From Candidatus Bipolaricaulota bacterium (GTDB lineage: Bacteria; Bipolaricaulota; Bipolaricaulia; UBA7950; UBA9294), in assembly GCA_023132915.1 (NCBI GenBank), contig JAGLXM010000075.1, forward strand, positions 1,165 through 65,164: a stretch of DNA of 64,000 nt, given 5' to 3'. The notes below the pieces were generated by a model. The model searched no databases, was not told the origin of the DNA, and worked only from the letters and a program-made list of their open reading frames with translations. The first letter of the stretch is position 1, and each line of letters starts with the position of its first letter. Shown in pieces: positions 28,087 to 38,637 of the stretch. Made by a program: the position numbers and the translations under genes.

Positions 28087-28662
28087 ATGACTACATTGCG
28101 CGACATCCAGCCGGATGATAAAGATATGATCCGTAATTGGCATAACTTGCCTGAGGTTGCCAAGTGGATGTATGCGGATCATTATATTTGTGCTGAAGAA
28201 CATGAGCAATGGTTTCAGGATATATTTAGTGATCCTTCACGGCAGTATTGGATCATCATGTATGGTCAGGAAGATGTTGGCCTTGTCAATTTGTATGACA
28301 TAGACTACAGGAATAAACGATGCTATTGGGCCTTTTACGTGGCAAATCCAAATGTGCGAGGAAAAGGAGTTGGGAGCTTTGTAGAATATTCAATCTTGTC
28401 GCACGTGTTCGACGAGCTTGAGTTCAATAGATTATGTTGCGAAGTTCTGGCTTCCAACCAGCTAGTTGTAGAGATGCATAAGAGTTTTGGATTTGTTCAA
28501 GAAGGTCACTTTCGTCAGCACGTCATCAAAGGGGGGCAACCTATAGATGTCGTGTTCTTGGCGATTTTGAAAGAAGAATGGGAATCCAAGAGAATCAAAA
28601 TCAAACAGAGATTGAACAAGAAAAGAGTTGCTTTACCTGTAGAAGAAGGACACAAGATGTGA
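28087..28662 (+). CDS. pseH: GNAT acetyltransferase, PseH-like
   Basis: 191 aa. LRDIQPDDKDMIRNWHNLPEVAKWMY.. and ..VRGKGVGSF.. . Position after pseG. Confidence 0.75.
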   Translation: MTTLRDIQPDDKDMIRNWHNLPEVAKWMYADHYICAEEHEQWFQDIFSDPSRQYWIIMYGQEDVGLVNLYDIDYRNKRCYWAFYVANPNVRGKGVGSFVEYSILSHVFDELEFNRLCCEVLASNQLVVEMHKSFGFVQEGHFRQHVIKGGQPIDVVFLAILKEEWESKRIKIKQRLNKKRVALPVEEGHKM

Positions 28663-28925
28663 TTATCTAACGAATTTTATGCACAGCCTTATGGAAGGAA
28701 CGTTACAGCTTAGAAGCTGCTTATAGAAGGGGGTAGAGAATTGGCTCAATTTTTGCAATGCTGAGCAGCCTCACAAGGCGTGTGGCAATATAGGGAAGCG
28801 CCTGATCGATACTATTGACTAGAACCCATGGAAAATTCCTCCCAATAAACCAAGAGGGACTCTGGAGTCCAGCATGTAGGCAGTTAAGATATTCCTGAAG
28901 TAATAACTGTAAGAGGAGGCAACAG

Positions 28926-29684
28926 ATGGGTATACAGGATCTTAGAAATCATCGACCCACGGCAATAGTAACAGGAAGTTCACGTGGAATTGGGCGGGTT
29001 ATTGCCCTGAAACTGGCTAACGCTGGTTACAATCCTGTTGTAAACTACAAGGAATCCCAAACTGCTGCTGAATCGTTGGGCTTGGAATTGGAGCAGATGG
29101 GGACCGAGTATCTCCTTTGCCGGGCCAATGTGAGCGCTTGGGATGACGTAGTACAAATGCGCGACCAAGTTTTGGAAAGATGGGGTCACATTGACCTTTT
29201 AGTCAATAATGCGGGCATCATCTTGGATGCGTTGTTTCATAAGATGGCGAAAGAAGACTGGCAACAAGTGATTGATACTAATTTGACGGGCGTGTTCAAT
29301 TGTGCTCGTGTGTGCGTGTCACAGATGATGGAGCAAGGGTATGGCAAGATAATCAATATCTCGTCTTTTGTGGCGCTTAAAGGGAATATCGGTCAAGCGA
29401 ATTATGCTGCCGCAAAAGCTGGCATCATAGGTTTCTCTAAGACCTTAGCCCTTGAGTTAGCGAAATACGAGATCACCGTCAATGTTATTGCGCCTGGGTT
29501 CATCGAGACCGATATGTTGAGTGAATTGCCGGAACGTATACGGGAAAAACTCATAGCACAAATCCCGCAGCGCCGATTTGGCACACCGGAGGATATAGCA
29601 CAAGCTGTTCTCTATCTGGCAGGTAAATCGGGAGATTACATCACTGGCCAAGTACTGAACATCAATGGCGGAATCTATATGTAA
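28926..29684 (+). CDS. 3-oxoacyl reductase (FabG/PhaB-like classical SDR)
   Basis: 252 aa. IVTGSSRGIGR, NNAG, YAAAKAG, PGFIETDM. Confidence 0.85.
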   Translation: MGIQDLRNHRPTAIVTGSSRGIGRVIALKLANAGYNPVVNYKESQTAAESLGLELEQMGTEYLLCRANVSAWDDVVQMRDQVLERWGHIDLLVNNAGIILDALFHKMAKEDWQQVIDTNLTGVFNCARVCVSQMMEQGYGKIINISSFVALKGNIGQANYAAAKAGIIGFSKTLALELAKYEITVNVIAPGFIETDMLSELPERIREKLIAQIPQRRFGTPEDIAQAVLYLAGKSGDYITGQVLNINGGIYM

Positions 29685-29697
29685 AGGAGATATCCGG

Positions 29698-30861
29698 ATG
29701 AAAGATTGTTACATTATCGGTGGTTTACGGACGCCGATCGGCAATTTTGGCAAAGGTTTAGCGAGTGTGCCTGCACCGGAACTGGGAGGGATCCTTGTGA
29801 AGGAGTTCATCACTCGTGAGGTCTGTGATCCAGATCAAGTGGATCAAGCCGTGTTCGGCAATGTACTTCAGGCAGGAGCAGGAATGAACCCTGCACGTCA
29901 GGCAGCTATCAAGGGCGGACTCCCTTACAGTGTACCAGCATACACGGTAAATATGGTTTGTGCCTCGGGTCTTTACTCAGTTGTTCTGGGTGATCAAGCG
30001 ATAAGCCGTGGACAAGCTCACTCGGTAATCGCTGGCGGGTTTGAGAACATGAGCCGTGCTCCACGTGCGTTGCTCAAGTCACGTTGGGGAAATCCTCTTG
30101 GTCATGACCGTGCAGTGGATTTAATGCTTACAGATGGATTGTGGGATGTGTTCTACGATGTTCACATGGCCGTTACGGTGGAAGCTCTTGTGAAACGATA
30201 TGAGATTTCTAGGCAAGCCCAGGACGAGTTTGCACTGGAAAGTCACAAAAGGGCCATTACTGCGATACGTACAGGTAAGTTTGGCGATGAAATTGTGCCG
30301 GTACAGGTAAAAGGGGTACAAGTAAAGCAAGATGAACGGCCCCGCGCTGACACAACGCTGGAAAAACTTACTAGTTTGAAGCCGGCCTTCAACCCCAATG
30401 GAACTATCACAGCTGGCAATGCTTCTGGATTGAACGATGGAGCAGCGGCTGTAGTTCTCTCCTCTGAGAAACCCTCGTTGAATGGCGCAATTCACGCCGA
30501 GATCGTTGATAGTGCCCTAATCGCTGTTGATCCTATGGACATGGGCATTGCACCGGTTCTTGCCATACGAAAACTACTGGCAAACACAAAACTTGAGCTT
30601 GAAGATGTGGGGCTGTGGGAGATTAACGAAGCCTTTGCAGGGCAAATGCTTGCAGTGTTAAAGGAGATTCCGGTGCCGTTGGACAAGCTCAACGTAAACG
30701 GAGGCGCCATCGCTTTGGGGCATCCAATTGGCTGTTCGGGAGCCAAGATCTTGGTTACCCTGCTTCATGAGATGCGGCGCCGAGAGGTGGAGCATGGAGT
30801 GGTAGCTCTATGTGTGGGTGGGGGTTTGAGTGTAGCTGTATTGGTACGCTATCTTGGATAA
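29698..30861 (+). CDS. Acetyl-CoA C-acetyltransferase (thiolase II)
   Basis: GGLRTPIG, ..VNMVCASGL.. (active-site Cys), ..NVNGGAIALGHPIGCSGA.. . RBS aaaggaga lies before ATG 29698. Confidence 0.85.
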   Translation: MKDCYIIGGLRTPIGNFGKGLASVPAPELGGILVKEFITREVCDPDQVDQAVFGNVLQAGAGMNPARQAAIKGGLPYSVPAYTVNMVCASGLYSVVLGDQAISRGQAHSVIAGGFENMSRAPRALLKSRWGNPLGHDRAVDLMLTDGLWDVFYDVHMAVTVEALVKRYEISRQAQDEFALESHKRAITAIRTGKFGDEIVPVQVKGVQVKQDERPRADTTLEKLTSLKPAFNPNGTITAGNASGLNDGAAAVVLSSEKPSLNGAIHAEIVDSALIAVDPMDMGIAPVLAIRKLLANTKLELEDVGLWEINEAFAGQMLAVLKEIPVPLDKLNVNGGAIALGHPIGCSGAKILVTLLHEMRRREVEHGVVALCVGGGLSVAVLVRYLG

Positions 30862-30983
30862 GGTGGTGGAAGTGGATAGAAGTGCCTTTGCATAGGTCTT
30901 TTTTTGAAATACTAAGCACTCCAAATACAATGGTCTGCTCAAGATGCATAACTTGATTTTGGCAACGTTGAGAAGGAGGAGTA

Positions 30984-32036
30984 ATGGCTTCATCTATCGA
31001 GATTAGCAGACGACGTATTGGACCTGCATATCCTGTGTACATCGTCGCTGAGATGTCGGCCAATCATAATCAGAACTTTGACAGAGCCGTTAAGATCCTC
31101 GAAGCTGCCAAAGAAGCTGGCGCGGATGCTGTAAAGCTGCAGACCTACACGCCAGACACCATGACCATTGACATTGATTCGGAGTTATTCCGTCATGGCA
31201 AAGGATCGCTCTGGGCTGGCCGGACTCTCTATGACCTTTACAGCGAGGCCTACATGCCCTGGGATTGGCAACCGAAACTGAAAAAGATTGCAAATGATTT
31301 GGGATTGGACTTGTTCTCTACAGCTTTTGATCCCTCAGCCGTGGACTTCTTAGAAGAGATAGACGTGCCCGTTCACAAGATAGCATCATTCGAGATTGTG
31401 GATATCGCCTTGGTCGAACACATGGCCCGTACCGGCAAGCCGATTATCATCTCTACTGGCATGGCAACGCTGGCAGAGATTGAAGAAGCCGTACGAACGG
31501 CACAGGAGGCTGGCGCGAACCAGATTGCGCTCTTGAAGTGTACGAGCGCGTATCCGGCCCCACCCGAGGAGATGAACCTGCACACCATTCCCCATCTTGC
31601 CCAAGCATTCAACGTGCCCGTAGGACTTTCCGACCATACCCTTGGCATAGCCGTTCCGGTGGCGGCGGTGGCTCTCGGTGCATGCATTGTCGAGAAGCAC
31701 TTCACCCTTTCACGGGCTGCGCCTGGACCCGATTCTGCCTTTTCTTTGGAGCCACACGAGTTCAAGGCGATGGTAGAAGCCATCAGGGTCGCGGAGAAGG
31801 CATTGGGAGAAGTACGGTACGAGCTGGGCGAACGCGAAGCAGCCAGCCGGGCCTTCCGCCGGTCGCTCTTCGTGGTAAAGGACATGAAAGCCGGCGAAGT
31901 GTTTACCGAGGAGAACGTCCGCTCCATCCGGCCGGGATATGGGTTGCCTCCGAAGCTCCTGAAAGAAGTGCTTGGCCGCCGAGTAGCACAGGAGATTGGA
32001 CGGGGAACGCCATTGGATTGGTGTCTTGTTGCATAA
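30984..32036 (+). CDS. pseI: Pseudaminic acid synthase (NeuB family), PseI-like
   Basis: 350 aa. ..YIVAEMSANHNQNFDRAVKILEAAKEAGADAVKLQTY.., ..LLKCTSAYPAP.., C-terminal SAF domain. Confidence 0.9.
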   Translation: MASSIEISRRRIGPAYPVYIVAEMSANHNQNFDRAVKILEAAKEAGADAVKLQTYTPDTMTIDIDSELFRHGKGSLWAGRTLYDLYSEAYMPWDWQPKLKKIANDLGLDLFSTAFDPSAVDFLEEIDVPVHKIASFEIVDIALVEHMARTGKPIIISTGMATLAEIEEAVRTAQEAGANQIALLKCTSAYPAPPEEMNLHTIPHLAQAFNVPVGLSDHTLGIAVPVAAVALGACIVEKHFTLSRAAPGPDSAFSLEPHEFKAMVEAIRVAEKALGEVRYELGEREAASRAFRRSLFVVKDMKAGEVFTEENVRSIRPGYGLPPKLLKEVLGRRVAQEIGRGTPLDWCLVA

Positions 32037-32090
32037 TCTCAATACAAAGGAGGCCAGATCGCATGTCAGGGAATAGCGACGGGGGTCACT

Positions 32091-32592
<502 letters not shown>

Positions 32593-34424
32593 CTGGCCCG
32601 ACTTTGACAACGCCAAACGAGAAGTGCTGTTCCGAAGGGCAATACAGGGATCGTCAAGGTCGCGTGGCACTACGCTTTGGGTCAGCGAGCGTCTCAGTCG
32701 AGTCGTTCGATCCGTCGAGGAGGGACGATCTTCAGCGCCTGGAACGCTGCCATGCTGACAGCGGGGATCTCGTCGCGCATTCGGTAGCGGCTTCCGTTGC
32801 CGTCATCTAGCACCACCGCCCGCACCCGCGACAGTCCCTCCATTAGCTCGACGAACGACCCGTCGAACGATCGCTCCGCCAACCGCTTCTTGAGGATCTG
32901 CCGTAGGATGAACGCGAGGAAGCAAACGGTGATGTGCCCACGGACCCGTTGCGCGGTCCAGTGGTAGATCGGACGAAGCTCCAGCGGTGTCTTCAGCATC
33001 CGGGACGCTTCCTCCACCTGCCACAGCCTCTTGTACGCCACCGCCGCCTCGGCAGCCGTCAGTCGGGCGTCGTTGGTCCGTAGCACCCACTTCCCGTCGT
33101 AGCGAGCATCCGCTTCGATCTTCCGTCGATCGAGTGATGCTCCACCGGCCTGGGTCCGTACGTACCGCCGTGCCGCTCCTCGCAGCAACCCCTTCACCGA
33201 TCCCGTCTCCAGGCGCTTGCTGAGCATCTCAACGATCGCTTCCCGTTCCCGTCGGTCCGCCTCCACCGCCTCGGGGTTGCGACAGACGATGTAGCGGTCC
33301 TCGACATCGGGAAGGTCGACCTCTTTCACCTCGAGGTTGTCGGCGACGGTGTGGTAGCGTCCCGAGTGGGACAGGACCTCCTGGGCGACCTTGTCTCGTC
33401 GCAGCTTCGTCGCCACCAGGTACGGCATCCCAACTTCACGCAACGCTTGCAGGTTCGCCTCGGTCACCATCCCACGATCACAGCAGAGCATCACTCGTTT
33501 CACTCCGAGCGTCTCTCGTACCGCCTCAACCGCCAGACGAAACGCTGAGGGGTCGGCGGTGTTCCCCGGGAAGATCACGTGGGCCACCGGAAGTCCTTTC
33601 CTCGTCATTACCACCCCCAGGCCGACTTGCCGTCGATCCCCGCGGTGATCTCGCGAGTAGCCAAACGCTGCCAACTCCTCGGGGTGGGTCCCTTCCACGT
33701 ACGTCGAAGTGGTGTCGAAGTACAACAGATCGGTGTCGGTGAACAGATCCCGATGACGGGCGAACCATCCCGCCTCGACGTCATTCTTCACCTCGGCGAG
33801 GCGATCGAGTGAGCGGTACAGATCGTGCAGTTCGAGATCGTCAAACGGCGCACCGTAGACGTCGTCGCGGAAGCGCAGCGCAGCGCACTTCGATCCCGGA
33901 TCGACCAGTCGATGCAGCACCATCAAGTAGACAGCATCCGCCTGTCGTTGCGTAAGTCCGGCGTCCTTGATGATCGGAGCGAACGTCTCCATCCACAAGC
34001 GCCCCCACACCAGCGAAGCTCCCCAGATCCGTGTCTCCACTCTGGATCGATCGCTGAGGAGGATCGATTCGAGCTCGGCGTAGCGGTTCGCAGTCTCTAC
34101 CAGCGAACCGAGACCCTTGCGCAGCCGTGGATCGTCAGTCCGTCCCAGTGTGGCCAGCACCCGTTGGCGGGTCTTTCCATCGACGCGGCGGTTCTCGACG
34201 AGTTGGAGGTAGGTGGTAACGGTGCCATCCTGGTTGCGTCGCTTCTTCTCGCGGATGAACATGACACCTCATGATACCACACATTCATCAGGCAGAGAAG
34301 GGGACATCCATCACTAACGTGGCACCACAAAGCACCTCTCAAACGACCCTCGACACTACCGAAACCCAGTTCCCTTGGCATCGAGGTATCCAGAAAGCGC
34401 CGATTCTTGTCAAAGTCGGGCCAG
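32593..34424 (-). mobile_element. IS1634-family insertion sequence with perfect 18-bp terminal inverted repeats
   Basis: CTGGCCCGACTTTGACAA at 32593-32610 and its exact reverse complement TTGTCAAAGTCGGGCCAG at 34407-34424. Single 522-aa transposase inside. Visibly GC-richer than its surroundings. No matching flanking direct repeat seen. Confidence 0.85.
32694..34262 (-). CDS. IS1634-family (IS4-like DDE) transposase
   Basis: 522 aa. N-terminus MFIREKKRRNQDGTVTTYLQLVENRRVDGKTRQRVLATLGR is typical of IS1634 transposases. Confidence 0.9.
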   Translation of the reverse strand: MFIREKKRRNQDGTVTTYLQLVENRRVDGKTRQRVLATLGRTDDPRLRKGLGSLVETANRYAELESILLSDRSRVETRIWGASLVWGRLWMETFAPIIKDAGLTQRQADAVYLMVLHRLVDPGSKCAALRFRDDVYGAPFDDLELHDLYRSLDRLAEVKNDVEAGWFARHRDLFTDTDLLYFDTTSTYVEGTHPEELAAFGYSRDHRGDRRQVGLGVVMTRKGLPVAHVIFPGNTADPSAFRLAVEAVRETLGVKRVMLCCDRGMVTEANLQALREVGMPYLVATKLRRDKVAQEVLSHSGRYHTVADNLEVKEVDLPDVEDRYIVCRNPEAVEADRREREAIVEMLSKRLETGSVKGLLRGAARRYVRTQAGGASLDRRKIEADARYDGKWVLRTNDARLTAAEAAVAYKRLWQVEEASRMLKTPLELRPIYHWTAQRVRGHITVCFLAFILRQILKKRLAERSFDGSFVELMEGLSRVRAVVLDDGNGSRYRMRDEIPAVSMAAFQALKIVPPRRIERLD

Positions 34425-34440
34425 ATGCTGTTTTTCGGCA

Positions 34441-35826
34441 ATGCAGGTTCTTGACACCGTTTTCTTGGCTCATATACTAAGGCTGGCGATGAATTCTACA
34501 CTGTGGCAGCTTCTCGCAAGTGCCTTAAGGCTAGACCTTTTCAGTCTCGTTCATGAATACAGCTCTGAGGACCTTGGTGTGCTATCCAGGCATGTGCCGC
34601 GCCTAGAGAGAAGAAAAGGCATCCCTCTTCGGATTGTCGTTTTCCTCTGGCATTTGCTGAGAAGTGGTACCTGGCTATGCAGGAATGGGAGGGGATTCGT
34701 TGCTGCTAGTTCAATCATCTTCTTCGCGGTATCCAAGAACGAAACAGATAGTTTGCAGCCTGTATGCTCGAATATACCAGATGCAGTGCTTGTGCAGAAT
34801 AATTTTCCCTGGTTCTGGGCACACATACTTTCTCTATTGTATTTTCCATGGGTTATAGTTCAGTTCTGGAAAGCACGGGGATATAGGAGGCGGTCATTCT
34901 CTTACGTCTTTGATCATTATTGGCTTGTCTACGGTCTTTACGTCGTGAGCCGAATCTGGCTTCGACGATTAGGGCCCAGAGCTGTAGTGTTGTGCAACAA
35001 TGTGAACGCACCCAGTCGGGTATTGTTAGAGGCTTCGCGAGACGAAAGCATCCCTGCGTTTTTTATGCAGCACGCGTCTATCCCCGACAGAGACGGGCTA
35101 TTCGATTTTGACTATATGCTTCTGGATGGCTATGATGCATTAGAAAAAGCGCAACGTATGGGAACAACCGCCAAACAGATCTTTTTGGTCGGTACGCCAA
35201 AATATGATAGATACATCCACGATATTAACAAGAGTACAGAAGTGCACTCAATAGCAATTTGCACCAACGACCTTGATTCTGTAGAGCGCGCCGCGCAGCT
35301 TTGCGCGGAGCTTCAGGAGCAGTTTCCCGAATGTCTCTTGGCGCTGCGACCGCATAACGCGGATACTCGTCTGAGAGAGTGGAGAAGCTTGAGCAAGCAC
35401 TATGGTATGAACTTCTCGGACTCCAGAGACGAGCTTTCCTTCGAGTTTCTAAAGGGAGTAGACGTTCTTATCGCCGGCGATTCAAATATCCTGTTGGAAG
35501 CAGCGTTAATGAATGTCTATCCTTTGTATTATGGTTTTGCGGGGGAATGCTTGGATTGGTATGGGTTTCACCGAAATGGCTTAGTGGGATACTTCGCATG
35601 CCCTGCAGAGCTGTGCCGCACTCTTCAAGAGATCAAGAAGGACAGACCGTCCGTTCGAATGAACGCCAAGCGTTATTCTGCTGCAATTGGGACGTACTAT
35701 GACGGCCGCTCTGCCGAACTGGCAAGTCGCGTAGTACGGGGACTTGTTTCAGGTGATGAGTCGTTCTTGATCCATTGGCGGAGGGTTCCGGATGTGGATG
35801 TGGAAGCCTACGAGGCTATCGAATGA
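34441..35826 (+). CDS. Hypothetical polysaccharide-cluster protein, possibly a (nonulosonic-acid or glycerophosphate-type) transferase
   Basis: About 461 aa from ATG 34441; the track ORF start 34375 lies inside the IS right end. ..FFMQHASIPDRDG..LLDGYDALEKA..FLVGTPKYDRY.. loosely resembles capsule-synthesis (KpsS/TagF-like) proteins. Function is an inference. Confidence 0.35.
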   Translation: MQVLDTVFLAHILRLAMNSTLWQLLASALRLDLFSLVHEYSSEDLGVLSRHVPRLERRKGIPLRIVVFLWHLLRSGTWLCRNGRGFVAASSIIFFAVSKNETDSLQPVCSNIPDAVLVQNNFPWFWAHILSLLYFPWVIVQFWKARGYRRRSFSYVFDHYWLVYGLYVVSRIWLRRLGPRAVVLCNNVNAPSRVLLEASRDESIPAFFMQHASIPDRDGLFDFDYMLLDGYDALEKAQRMGTTAKQIFLVGTPKYDRYIHDINKSTEVHSIAICTNDLDSVERAAQLCAELQEQFPECLLALRPHNADTRLREWRSLSKHYGMNFSDSRDELSFEFLKGVDVLIAGDSNILLEAALMNVYPLYYGFAGECLDWYGFHRNGLVGYFACPAELCRTLQEIKKDRPSVRMNAKRYSAAIGTYYDGRSAELASRVVRGLVSGDESFLIHWRRVPDVDVEAYEAIE

Positions 35827-37298
35827 TGACTGCATTTGGGGTACGGGGGGAAGATGCGCAACATCGGAACCAGCGACGGATATCTTGGATAGTGGTGTTG
35901 GGGTTGGCGGTATTCGTTTTCCTGCTGGGGTTGATGGGCTTGGGGATTATCTCACCCTTCTTTCAACTCATTTCGCTGGCCGCAGCGATACTTGTCATCC
36001 TTTCTATTCCGATTCTGGTACGCAGGCATACTGATTGGTTTTCAATATGGAATTTTGTGTTCTATGGTGCGATCCTAGGTGTATTCATGCGTTCGATCTA
36101 TATCACATTGGATTATCCTAGCCCTGCAGCCATCCAGCGTGCGTTTCTACTAGGTGAACCTAAAGAGTTCTTGCTACAGCCTGCCATCGTTGTGATGAGC
36201 GGTGTGCTTGCCCTAACCCTGGGGTATCTAGCCGGTCCACGCAGATCACGTAAGATCCCGCTAAGAATCTTCCAAGCGTTTGCCTGGAACAACCGGAGGC
36301 TTGTGGGCACAGCGTCTCTTATGTTGATCATCTCATGGATAGGACTATTCCTGCTTGTTACCAAGACGGTGGGGCACTTGACGATGGAGAATTTCTCGGT
36401 AATACGTGGTGTTTCCACAGAGTTGAGCGAGGCCAGGGGATATGGCTATTTGCGCTGGATGTGTGACCTTGCGAGGCTAGGGAGCCTTCTTGTTTTTGCT
36501 GGAATAGTCTCAAGCAAGAGGCGACGTGGGAGGTATCTAATCCTTCTGTTCCTTTCTGTTTCGACGTTTGCATTCTTCGGCATGTTCGTGAGCTCACGCG
36601 GAGCAATCGTTGGTCTATTGGTGGAACTATTGGCTATAGCCTATTACCTGAGTAGTCGCAAGCTCAACCCAGTCAAATTGATGTCAACTGGCGTAATAGC
36701 CATACTGTTTGTACGATTATTGACAAAACTAAGAGAGGGCTACAGCCTGCTTGAGAGTCTGCCTTTTGAGTTTAACATAGTACAATATATCCAGCCGGCC
36801 ATATTGACTACGAACTCCATAGATATCAGTAAGACGGCGCATATCATGCGTGCCATCCCAGGTCTGCTTGAGTACCAATGGGGACGAACGCTGCTCACCG
36901 TGTTCTTTGCCTGGATACCGCGAAGTCTGTGGCCAGATAAACCGGTAGTCAACGTAGATAATGTAATCGGAATGGTTGTCTACGGATCAAAGACTTACGG
37001 AAGCGGTGGCGTGCCGGTAGGATTTATTGCGGAGATGTACTGGAATTTTTCCTATCCCGGCATAGTATTAGGGTGTTTCATCGCTGGATATGTTCTCAAA
37101 GTGTTGTATACGACTTTTAGAGGCTATGCCCACAATCGGAACGTCGTTCTTCTGTACGTTGTGAGTTGCATGCAGTTGGGAGCGAGTCTTCTCGGGAGCA
37201 GCTTCACAGCAGTAGTCGTGGGTGCCTTGACAAGCTTCCTGCCTCTGTACATGGTTCTTTCCATTGTTACGGAAAATCGTGCGACAGGCGAGGAGTGA
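35823..37298 (+). CDS. Polytopic membrane protein, O-antigen/oligosaccharide repeat-unit polymerase (Wzy-like)
   Basis: About 490 aa with more than 10 predicted TM segments. ..FFAWIPRSLWPDKP.. loop motif typical of Wzy-type polymerases. ATGA overlap with the upstream gene. Confidence 0.6.
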   Translation: MMTAFGVRGEDAQHRNQRRISWIVVLGLAVFVFLLGLMGLGIISPFFQLISLAAAILVILSIPILVRRHTDWFSIWNFVFYGAILGVFMRSIYITLDYPSPAAIQRAFLLGEPKEFLLQPAIVVMSGVLALTLGYLAGPRRSRKIPLRIFQAFAWNNRRLVGTASLMLIISWIGLFLLVTKTVGHLTMENFSVIRGVSTELSEARGYGYLRWMCDLARLGSLLVFAGIVSSKRRRGRYLILLFLSVSTFAFFGMFVSSRGAIVGLLVELLAIAYYLSSRKLNPVKLMSTGVIAILFVRLLTKLREGYSLLESLPFEFNIVQYIQPAILTTNSIDISKTAHIMRAIPGLLEYQWGRTLLTVFFAWIPRSLWPDKPVVNVDNVIGMVVYGSKTYGSGGVPVGFIAEMYWNFSYPGIVLGCFIAGYVLKVLYTTFRGYAHNRNVVLLYVVSCMQLGASLLGSSFTAVVVGALTSFLPLYMVLSIVTENRATGEE

Positions 37299-37361
37299 AA
37301 GATGCGCATTGGGCTTAAAATCTCATTCATCTGTGGGCTTGTCAAATAGGAGGATGTATCT

Positions 37362-38492
37362 ATGAAGATAGGCATCAACCTGTTGTTCTTGTTGCCAGGA
37401 ATCGTTGGTGGTACGGAAACTTACGCGCTTTCGCTCTTGCGAGCCCTCGGGCAGATAGATCGGCAAAACGAGTATATGGTCTTCCTTAACAGAGAATCCG
37501 CTGAGTTGCAACTGCCTCCACAGTCCAATTTTGAAGCGGTTATTTGCCCTGTTTCTGCAAAAATTCGTGCTGTGCGGTACCTGTGGGAACAGTTTGTGCT
37601 GCCCTTCCAGGCTAGAACGTACCGTTTGGACCTCTTGCATTCACTTGGCTATGTACAGCCATTGCGTTTGCCGTGCAAGTCCGTTGTGACTGTCCCCGAT
37701 CTCAATTTTCACAACCTATGTGACTTTCTTCCTCTGGTGCGACGGACTGTATTGCGTTTCTTTGTGAGTCAGAGCGCAAGAAGGGCGGACCATGTCCTCA
37801 CCATTTCACAAGCCAGCAGGAATCAGATCATCAGCATACTCGGTGTACCTGCCCAGAAAGTAACTGTGGCACACCTGGCAGCCAAAGAGACTAGGGCCCG
37901 TCCCGTGAGCTTCGACGTGCTTCGCCAGAAGCTCCATGTCCAGAAGCCCTACATCCTTGCCCTCAGCAGTCTGAGTCCCCACAAGAACATGCGACGGCTC
38001 ATTGAAGCGTTTGCGATCATCCGGGAGAGAGGCTTTGTGGAGGAACGCTTGATCCTAGCAGGGCACCCCCCGAGGGGTAAGAGCTCCCTCGATGAGCTCG
38101 TCAGTCGGAAGAGTCTTGGGAATTGCGTTAGGTTCACTGGCTATGTGTCGGACGAGGCCCTTGCGAGTCTCTACACCCATGCTGAGCTGTTCGTGTTCCC
38201 ATCACTATATGAAGGCTTCGGCATCCCTGTCTTAGAAGCCTTCACCTATGGAACTCCCGTGGCTTTGTCGAATGCGACATCACTGCCCGAAGTTGCTGGC
38301 GATGCCGCAAGCTATTTTGACCCGCGGAATACAGAGGAAATAGCGGGAACAATCATTCACATGCTTCAAGACAAGGCATTGCAGGCGAGGTTGGTGTTAA
38401 AGGGCAAGGAAAGGGCAAGACTTTTTACTTGGGAGAGAAGCGCGCGGAGGACTTTGGAGACGTATGAGCGGGTTATAAGGAATTGTGGATGA
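37362..38492 (+). CDS. Glycosyltransferase family 4 (GT-B, group 1)
   Basis: 376 aa. ..FPSLYEGFGIPVLEAFTYGTPV.. EX7E-type motif. Confidence 0.85.
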   Translation: MKIGINLLFLLPGIVGGTETYALSLLRALGQIDRQNEYMVFLNRESAELQLPPQSNFEAVICPVSAKIRAVRYLWEQFVLPFQARTYRLDLLHSLGYVQPLRLPCKSVVTVPDLNFHNLCDFLPLVRRTVLRFFVSQSARRADHVLTISQASRNQIISILGVPAQKVTVAHLAAKETRARPVSFDVLRQKLHVQKPYILALSSLSPHKNMRRLIEAFAIIRERGFVEERLILAGHPPRGKSSLDELVSRKSLGNCVRFTGYVSDEALASLYTHAELFVFPSLYEGFGIPVLEAFTYGTPVALSNATSLPEVAGDAASYFDPRNTEEIAGTIIHMLQDKALQARLVLKGKERARLFTWERSARRTLETYERVIRNCG

Positions 38493-38637
38493 ATACTAAA
38501 GACACGATCCGGCGGTCGATGGTGTTATCAATGAGAGCTATGTCAATGAGGTTTGTTGAAAAGCAATGATTGCCAGTAAAGCTGTTTAGTTGGGAGGCTA
38601 TGGCTGATGCAGTCTATGAAGGATATTCGAGGTTAAT

